DNA of 64,000 nucleotides from contig JABIBU010000013.1 of NCBI GenBank assembly GCA_018652595.1, forward strand, positions 93,043 through 157,042. The letters run 5' to 3'. The notes under the pieces were generated by a model. It saw nothing but the letters and a program-made list of their open reading frames with translations. It did not search any database and was not told the origin of the DNA. Numbering within the stretch: position 1 is the first letter of the stretch; each line of letters opens with the position of its first letter. Positions 58,601 to 64,000 of the stretch are shown piece after piece. This DNA is from Candidatus Magasanikiibacteriota bacterium (lineage in GTDB: Bacteria; Patescibacteriota; Patescibacteriia; Magasanikbacterales; UBA922). The translations under genes were made by a program, and so were the position numbers.

Positions 58601-59455
58601 AGCACGTAATATAGCCTTTAAGAAGACTACATTGTCAGTAGCTACAACAACATTACCTGCGTCAGGTGTGTTGGCTGATAGACTTACAGTCACATCACCA
58701 CCAACAACAGCTGGAGTTTCTGTATCATCATCAGCATCATCCCCTGCACTAGCAGTAATCTGACCTGGATCCTCTACTAGAGAGCCGGTAGTAACAGTTT
58801 CAGCACCCATTTCTAAGCTATCAAACGCAGCTTGAGAAACAGTATACAATACACCATTATAATCGCCATCTACCTCGTATGTCATGCCGTCTACAACAGA
58901 GTATACTTTTTCACCATCAACGGTGACAACCATACCATTTTGTAAAGTAACGTCAAGTGTTTCGGCTCCAGTAGTATAGTTAGCCCAATGAAAAGCGTGC
59001 ACATCTCTTACCATTGAAGCCCAAGCATCTCCGAAAAGACCTTTTGCAACTGCCTCGCTAGTAATTTTTGTACGCATATTACCTGGAAGAACAGCAAAGA
59101 CAGATGGACCGTCAATACGTTTTACTAGGTAAGAACCAGGGCGATAGTTTACGCCAGCTGGATCACCTTGTGGATATAACTCATTACAGGCAGCTGAAAT
59201 TTCTTCAACACCTGAATAATCTACAAACCAAGTTTTGTATACTTCCGCATTTGGGAAGTACATACTTTCCATATCTGCATTCAAGATGTACACAGCTGTA
59301 CCAGCACTTGTTTTGTACAAGTCACCAGCTTCTAGCTCTGGACATGCATCTTCTGCTACAGCAACCATAGGAACCAAGGCAGCAAGGCCAACGCTCCATA
59401 CAATTGTCATAGCGACAACAGACACGGTAAAGAATTTTTTTGCAATTTTTACCAT
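55655..59455 (-). CDS. Giant secreted surface protein (S-layer-like or adhesin-like), Thr/Ser/Gly/Val/Asp-rich
   Basis: 1266 aa. N-terminal signal peptide (MVKIAKKFFTVSVVAMTIVWSVGLAALVPMVAVA), no TM, low-complexity beta-rich repeats, and higher GC than neighbours. Confidence 0.65.
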   Translation of the reverse strand: MVKIAKKFFTVSVVAMTIVWSVGLAALVPMVAVAEDACPELEAGDLYKTSAGTAVYILNADMESMYFPNAEVYKTWFVDYSGVEEISAACNELYPQGDPAGVNYRPGSYLVKRIDGPSVFAVLPGNMRTKITSEAVAKGLFGDAWASMVRDVHAFHWANYTTGAETLDVTLQNGMVVTVDGEKVYSVVDGMTYEVDGDYNGVLYTVSQAAFDSLEMGAETVTTGSLVEDPGQITASAGDDADDDTETPAVVGGDVTVSLSANTPDAGNVVVATDNVVFLKAILRASDDNDAVVNSVKIGRTGLGATGDFTSVTLYDGATKLGSTRTSWHSDGYMTYNISGGWTITAGTSKELTVVVNLLTAGTYNSIGILDLGLGNDGDVGGTPLYGNQMTGVSVTTGGVTITGVGTTGSKNIGTTDVALTKFKLAVNSVENSMFNAITLKNKAATNNAADDNLANIYLYQGADLLAGPVSMVSDKITFVLDEAFPISKSKNETFTVKGDIVNGAANTVEFVLDSTTDLNVIGDTYNTRLTVTDDNYDAATEGNIITIAGAELNVGLTSVALETADDSTDVEFGRLTLSSGSTDIKITSIQVDVDETDGADTGTFVIAVDDLELVDVVSGAAYSGTTASGVDTDAVTEDWVYTDEIYLSAGESITLLVRGDIPASTTAGEDDSYKLSVNTANITAETVPAGDSVSNFSVGTVTGKLITVRKPTLTVKATPMNTGNAVVNDSSVILFQGTMDATAGDVRIERAQFEATTTNLFAITNWSDMGFYLVSDAGEYELQQNITNSGMTADDLDFDTLDFTVASGDKATFVVKGSVASTVSTTANIVHIRMDGLTAKDVDNDDASVVNSAGTALDSAGNELDTTRILTLNSKGILYVQMRNADTSFDKDRVLMAGSDAWVGKLRMRADFEDIMVKDLKLTNSSAGDEDSVESVCLYSAMSAVAENLIGCTTVNSQLAFFDNINETVTMGTHDWYIYVATNEMGNAGAATADSQDLVQFGIVTSSGHLTAQGVESGDELAYYSSSAAAIAAGDIVFDLDVNGTFGEEADLTGTASTTIFYISGTKISNVELVSSYGGKTVASTIAGTGSTTVGIVAITVEAGSNTDANGNALKLGIDNFLFDMTKFASTSISGATIERIGGANGAVNLTVTGSSTGATTADIAGDWTMTSVTSTLGNDAFIDAGTTAYFALNANINSLSPTSNITNWIQVGLDDLKGGAADANNNIDWFDGYDTVYATASNFDYLLLDTTSIGGTKISAPTNN

Positions 59456-59790
59456 ATTAATAGATATCCTAACTTATTTTAGGGCGCGATCCACTTTAAA
59501 GTAGACGTCTCCAAAATAAGCGAGTTTGTCGTTCTCCTAATCGAAGTAACGACTATTACATCCGACGACCGTCAGGCCTCAACCTTTGGTCAGATGGTTC
59601 TCCCCTTTCGCTGAAGCTACAGGGGATAAATCCCCCTTTCTTTTGCTAATTAGCAAAATTAGGGAGAAAAGATGCCTCCCCTCGACGTAACGTCGAGGTT
59701 ACTGTATGGCACGGGTCCTTCTAGCCAAACAAGTGCTACAAGGACCTAGCCGTACAGTATTTTAAAGGGCGATTAATAAACTCTTCTTTT
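59456..59790 (-). promoter_or_regulatory. About 335-nt GC-rich, highly structured 5' leader of the surface-protein gene
   Basis: Multiple perfect palindromes and hairpins (CCTCGACGttaCGTCGAGG, TTTTGCTAATTAGCAAAA, GGGGGATTTATCCCC, CTTATTTT...AAAATAAG). No ORF. Confidence 0.45.
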
Positions 59791-61203
59791 TTATTCAATA
59801 TTATTCTCTACCCAGCCCGAGACTGCCTGCCCACCAGATTGGAGGGGCCCGCCTTGGGTGGAAAAAACCTCTTCTACAATATCTGTACTAGTAGAATTTT
59901 CTACATTGGAATCAGCATTATGATCTACAACTTCTTCCTGCTCTACATCTAAAACATTCTCAACATCTATATCGCCCACAACATCTACAACACCTTCTTC
60001 TAATAAAATCTTTGTCTCTTTTGAGATTTCATCTATAGCTTTTTTTACTTCGTTTACTTCTTGTCCTGTTTGCTCTGTAGTATCTGACGCTTGTCTTACT
60101 CTTTCTAGAGCTTCTGATATTTGATTATTATCAACCAAATCCCTCATTTCTTCTAAGTCTTTTACAACCTCTTCTGTGTCATCAGTCTTTTTTACAACAC
60201 TGTCTACTGCAGTCTCTACATCTGCCAATTGAACACTACTAGTGGAAACAATATTTTCGACAACTGGTGCGGTACTAGTTGGCATACTAGTCTCGTCAAT
60301 CTCATCTTCTTTTTTTTCTTCCAGCTCATCCAATACGACCTTCATTTCTTCCAAATCTTTTACTACCCCATCTGTCTCCGTCTTTAGATCTCCCACATCC
60401 TCCAAAATACTATCTATCTGATCCTTTATTAAACCTTGCAAATCCTCGTCTGAAACTTCTACACCCTCTCCCTTTACCTGAACCACAGCTTCTACTGCCG
60501 AAATATTGGCCTCATTTACTTTTTTCTTTGTAGCAGACATATCTAGACCCTCTTCAGACGATTTTTCAGCATCTCTCAAATCATCCTTTATTTCCTTGGT
60601 CTTTTCTGCTACCACCTTACTAGCTTCTACTACTTTTTCTGGTTGATTTTCTGTGACTTTTTTCAACTTATCATTAGCAGAATCAATTGACTTTTCTAGG
60701 TGCTCTATAGCTATGCCTACATTTTTAGAAGTTTCTTCTTTGGATATTTCTTCGTCTTTTTTTTCTACTATTTTTTTCACTTCTTTTGCGCGACGAGTGG
60801 CAAATTCTAGATGTAACTCTGCTTCTTTTTGGTCCGAAGAAGTCATAGATGCTACAATTTGTTGTGTTTTTTCGGTAGCCATCTTTACTCCATAGCCTAT
60901 ATCTCCTGGCAAGGAATTGGCCGTAGCTCCCACACTAGCTATCCATCCACTAGTTGCGACTGCTCCGATGAGCAAGAACACAAGCACTGGACGAACAACT
61001 GAATAAACCATCTGACCCGGCACAATGACATTAATCATGTCCCAAATATATGTAAAAGAAAATGTATTTTTTTCATTAGTAGTGCTATTGCCAATTTGGC
61101 ACATCATCTTTTCTTTGTTTTCCAAAACCCAAGAACGATCGGGGTTAATCCGACTGTTAGTATTTTTTAGTTTCTTCAATTGTTCTTTGGTGTTGTGGTA
61201 CAT
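59791..61203 (-). CDS. Putative anti-sigma factor: single-pass membrane protein with a long acidic coiled-coil extracytoplasmic domain (DUF5667-like)
   Basis: It lies immediately downstream of the ECF sigma gene. About 70 aa of cytoplasmic N-terminus, one TM (PVLVFLLIGAVATSGWIASV), then a D/E/K-rich helical domain. Confidence 0.5.
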   Translation of the reverse strand: MYHNTKEQLKKLKNTNSRINPDRSWVLENKEKMMCQIGNSTTNEKNTFSFTYIWDMINVIVPGQMVYSVVRPVLVFLLIGAVATSGWIASVGATANSLPGDIGYGVKMATEKTQQIVASMTSSDQKEAELHLEFATRRAKEVKKIVEKKDEEISKEETSKNVGIAIEHLEKSIDSANDKLKKVTENQPEKVVEASKVVAEKTKEIKDDLRDAEKSSEEGLDMSATKKKVNEANISAVEAVVQVKGEGVEVSDEDLQGLIKDQIDSILEDVGDLKTETDGVVKDLEEMKVVLDELEEKKEDEIDETSMPTSTAPVVENIVSTSSVQLADVETAVDSVVKKTDDTEEVVKDLEEMRDLVDNNQISEALERVRQASDTTEQTGQEVNEVKKAIDEISKETKILLEEGVVDVVGDIDVENVLDVEQEEVVDHNADSNVENSTSTDIVEEVFSTQGGPLQSGGQAVSGWVENNIE

Positions 61204-61211
61204 AACTATGA

Positions 61212-61760
61212 TTAGTCTTGTTCCAAAAGCTCTTGAAGTTTTTTAGTTGCACGATGCAAGGTCACTCTTACATTAGTTTTTGATTTGTCTAGTATTGAAG
61301 ATATTTCTGAAGTTGTCAGCTCTTCTACAAAACGCAGTAGTATCACTTCCTGATATTCCTGCTTCATTCTTTTTACAACTATCATTATTTTTTCCACCTC
61401 AATATCTATTTCAACTTTTTCATAATTTTTATCATCAGCCAGCAAGACTACTGAATCAAGTGAACACTCTTGCCTTTTTGCTCTCTGGCGATAAAAATCA
61501 ATTATTGAATTTCGAGCTATTCTATAAATTAATCCTGTAAAGCTTCCTATTTCTTTTTTTCTATTTTCAATTAAATAGTTCCAAACTTTCAAAAAAACAT
61601 CACTCGTAATATCTTCGGTCTCTTCCTTATTATTAATTTTAAAGAAAACAAACCGATAAATTTTTTCTACATACAAATTATAAAGCTCACCAAAAGCAGC
61701 AGAATCTTTCTTTGTTCTAATCTTAAATAGTAATGCTTTTTCTTCCATTTTTAGCTTCAT
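61212..61760 (-). CDS. ECF-type RNA polymerase sigma-70 factor (sigma-24 family)
   Basis: Region 2 (FGELYNLYVEKIYRFV...DVFLKVW) and a region 4 HTH (LTTSEISSILDKSKTNVRVTLHRATKKL). 182 aa. Confidence 0.85.
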   Translation of the reverse strand: MKLKMEEKALLFKIRTKKDSAAFGELYNLYVEKIYRFVFFKINNKEETEDITSDVFLKVWNYLIENRKKEIGSFTGLIYRIARNSIIDFYRQRAKRQECSLDSVVLLADDKNYEKVEIDIEVEKIMIVVKRMKQEYQEVILLRFVEELTTSEISSILDKSKTNVRVTLHRATKKLQELLEQD

Positions 61761-62047
61761 AGTAGAAGACGTGAAAGTTAGTAAAGTGTTACACTTGGAC
61801 TATCTAGGCAAATTACGATGTAAACGTAATCAAAATAAGCCACCCGTTACGGTGAGCCCTAAATACTGTACGAGATGCATTATAGCACAACTTAGCACAA
61901 AAAAGCAAGATTGGGACCCTAAACTGGGGATAAGTAGGCTTAGGTATAATAGGTATTAGGTGTGTAGATTTTACTTTTCATTTTAAACGATACTGATTAT
62001 TTTTTATCTAAAACTTTATGCTTTCCCCCTTTCTACTTTATACTCAA

Positions 62048-62134
62048 TTGTATACACTACTCTATACATTTTTAAATTAAACGCTATTTTTTGCCTAATT
62101 CTAAATAAGTATTTTTGTATACACTACTCTATAC
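62048..62134. repeat. Two copies of a 20-bp direct repeat TTGTATACACTACTCTATAC, 67 bp apart, in a 610-bp AT-rich divergent promoter region. A related TGTATA...TATACA palindrome lies at 62219-62240.
   Basis: Exact 20/20 match read directly at 62048-62067 and 62115-62134. Both copies are followed by a T-run and TAA. Confidence 0.7.
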
Positions 62135-62369
62135 TTTTTAATATATTTCTTATAAAAATATTGTTTTTCTACCCAAAGATACTTAAAACTTGACATATTT
62201 TCACAAAAATGTTAAAATTTGTATAGACAAACATATACAAATGCAAGTTAAAAGACAATAGTAGAATGAATTACTTTAAAAAATACGCAAGGGTTAAATA
62301 ATCCAATGTATTACATCTTCGAAAGATCCCTCCTCGTCGTTCCTCCTCATTCGGGATTTTACTAAAAAT

Positions 62370-62699
62370 ATGGTTGATTCAACTATACAAAAACCAGATA
62401 CTAGTGAAAAAGAGATAGTAAGAGTTTCTATTTCAGAGGCCGGCCGTCTTTTTGGTGTAAATCCACAGACAATCAGGCGTGCTATCCAAGCTGAAGAAAT
62501 CACTTACATAATAGTGGCTGGTAGGTATAAGATAAACTTTGAGAGTCTAGTAAAATGGTCACAAGCCAAAACAACTGTGAAAAATAAAAGCGATCAAAGA
62601 GGAATCGGACAATATGTGGATAGATGGAAGATAAAGAACAAGCTATACTCTCCGAGTAAAAAAACGATTAAATCTAAAAATAAAGACTCTGCTGAATAG
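62370..62699 (+). CDS. Small HTH DNA-binding protein (excisionase-like HTH_17 family)
   Basis: ISEAGRLFGVNPQTIRRAIQAEEI helix-turn-helix. 109 aa with a basic C-terminal tail. Confidence 0.55.
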   Translation: MVDSTIQKPDTSEKEIVRVSISEAGRLFGVNPQTIRRAIQAEEITYIIVAGRYKINFESLVKWSQAKTTVKNKSDQRGIGQYVDRWKIKNKLYSPSKKTIKSKNKDSAE

Positions 62700-62873
62700 G
62701 CAGGGTCTTTTTGACTATCTATAATCTTAGAACACCGCTTCTCCTTGACAGGGAGAAGGACAGCCTGCCCGCCAGTGCCAGGCATGGCAGGCGGGGATGA
62801 GGTTATGGGTGAGTGTTGGAGTAAAGACATAAGTTTTATATACTACGTAGCTTCTATGAGACCTCGCCCCTAA

Positions 62874-62918
62874 CCCCTCTCCTTATAAAGGAGGGGGGGG
62901 ATACTTTCTTTTCTTCCC
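62874..62918 (+). terminator. GC-rich hairpin plus T-rich tract downstream of the HTH gene
   Basis: CCCCTCTCCTTataaAGGAGGGGGGgg followed by atactttcttttcttcc. Confidence 0.4.
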
Positions 62919-62970
62919 TAAACTTGAATAAAATAGTATAATACATATAATATTACTTCGATTAAACAGT

Positions 62971-64000
62971 ATGCAATTTGTAGAAGAACATCTAACCCGA
63001 CACCATCTGCTCAACAAACCCCACAGATGGTTTTTGGCATTCTTATCCTCCCCTATCCACTTTGCCGAGATGCACTATAAGAAAAAGTATCATCTCAATT
63101 TTAAGCATGCAAAAAAACTGTTTATCTTTGATATGGTTTTGGTCTTTTCCATTCTTATTTTGGCAAGCTCATCTATTTCTTGGTACTATTACAATCCAGA
63201 TGTAGTTGACCAAATTGACTTATCAATAGCACCATCCTCAGACCGTATTATTAGTGGTGACTATATTACTTATGAAATCAAGTACAAAAACAATAGCGAC
63301 AAAAAATTGACTAACGCATCCCTGCTTATAAACTTACCAAAAGGTCTGATTGTGGATAAAATTGAACCAAACGAAATCTACCAAAAAGAAAATCACAGCT
63401 TTGACTTGAAAGAACTATCAAAAAACGAGGCGGGTGAGATAAAAATATCTGGCTGGTACTACGATACACCGCACCAAGAGACCCACATTACGACCGAACT
63501 CATATACAACCAAGAAGATAGAAAAACCCAAGAAATTAAGCTGGTAAACCTAATTCAAATTCATCGTGGCTCTATCTTGCAAGGAGTTTTAAATATCTCC
63601 AATTCCTCTCTTGCTCAAGGCAGTATACCTTTGAAAATTAGCTTGAAAAATACTGGCAAACAAAAATTAGAAAAACTAGTTTTACCACTCAACTTACCCG
63701 CTGGATTGCAAATTTTAAATCCTACCAGCAAAGATGGAATAGTAGAAAATTTGACATGGAAGATTGACCAACTTACTCCAGACGAAGAAGTGGTATTGGA
63801 TGCAGTAGTTCAGACCAATCTAAATCCTAATACCTATAGTATTGATCTTGAACTAACTCCCAAAATAACGATTAATAATGTATTGATAGACCAGGAGAGT
63901 CTAAGCCACAAATTAAACATTGTTCATCCAGAATTAAAATTAAATGCCCTATGGCAGGAAGGTATCGGCTCTATTTCTCCTGGCGATAAGAAAATACTGG
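62971..64000 (+). CDS. Membrane-anchored protein with DUF11/CARDB-like repeat domains (partial; continues beyond the window)
   Basis: Manual translation from ATG 62971 stays open to the window end. It has an N-terminal TM (LFIFDMVLVFSILILA) and repeats of the form Y.T.EI.YKNNSDKKLTNASLLINLPKGL / ...LKNTGKQKLEKLVLPLNLPAGL (DUF11-like ...N.G...L.LP.GL). It is absent from the ORF track because it runs off the end. Confidence 0.5.
   Translation, partial: MQFVEEHLTRHHLLNKPHRWFLAFLSSPIHFAEMHYKKKYHLNFKHAKKLFIFDMVLVFSILILASSSISWYYYNPDVVDQIDLSIAPSSDRIISGDYITYEIKYKNNSDKKLTNASLLINLPKGLIVDKIEPNEIYQKENHSFDLKELSKNEAGEIKISGWYYDTPHQETHITTELIYNQEDRKTQEIKLVNLIQIHRGSILQGVLNISNSSLAQGSIPLKISLKNTGKQKLEKLVLPLNLPAGLQILNPTSKDGIVENLTWKIDQLTPDEEVVLDAVVQTNLNPNTYSIDLELTPKITINNVLIDQESLSHKLNIVHPELKLNALWQEGIGSISPGDKKIL

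Noticed and set aside
59456-59790. RNase P RNA, tmRNA or 6S RNA in the GC-rich intergenic region
   Set aside because: No GGAAAGUCCGG, ACAGAA or GGCUUA RNase P motifs, and no tRNA-like ends. The position and orientation fit a 5' UTR of the surface-protein gene.
62594-62830. 78-aa minus-strand ORF in the GC-rich segment
   Set aside because: Low-complexity (Pro/Gly/Ser) translation of a GC-rich hairpin region. It overlaps the end of the HTH gene.
1-64000. CRISPR arrays, insertion sequences, integrase or transposase genes
   Set aside because: No regularly spaced repeat-spacer array was found, and no ORF has integrase or transposase motifs. The only mobile-element hints are the tRNA fragment duplicates and two GC-anomalous ORFs.

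Overview
The window is a low-GC (roughly one-third G+C) bacterial chromosome segment with compact, mostly minus-strand operons, canonical sigma70 promoters and factor-independent terminators. The gene content (RNase Y, HU, PilT, an ECF sigma with a DUF-like anti-sigma, HTH_17 mini-regulators, a giant S/T-rich surface protein) fits a Patescibacteria/CPR-like or Firmicutes-like organism using the standard genetic code. Taxonomy cannot be fixed from sequence alone.

The first ~9 kb is housekeeping: rny, a GC-rich foreign-looking ORF, hup, a tRNA-Glu/tRNA-Met pair with flanking tRNA fragment duplicates, a class B PBP, pilT, and a DsbA-like oxidoreductase.

From ~9.1 kb to ~55.5 kb lies one very large surface-glycan / protein-glycosylation island. 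It contains four recognisable sugar routes:
- a near-complete CDP-3,6-dideoxyhexose pathway (rfbF, rfbG, rfbH, RfbS/J-like, RfbE-like, with no E3 reductase);
- two sugar C-methyltransferases (one fused to dTDP-glucose 4,6-dehydratase) and a split ThDP transketolase, implying a branched or C-methylated deoxysugar;
- rmlC and rmlD;
- GDP-fucose synthesis (gmd, fcl) together with both a GT11 alpha-1,2- and a GT10 alpha-1,3-fucosyltransferase.

The island also carries a UDP-GlcA/UDP-Xyl module, more than ten glycosyltransferases (GT2, GT4, GT-D/DUF1792), a WbaP-like initiating phosphoglycosyltransferase, a Wzx flippase, and an O-antigen-ligase(Wzy_C)+TPR protein that is a candidate O-oligosaccharyltransferase. 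It abuts a 1266-aa signal-peptide-bearing, Thr/Ser/Gly-rich surface (S-layer-like) protein, which is preceded by an ECF sigma / anti-sigma pair and a ~330-nt highly structured leader.

This looks like a previously undescribed S-layer/surface-protein O-glycosylation system that builds a fucosylated glycan containing a branched dideoxyhexose.
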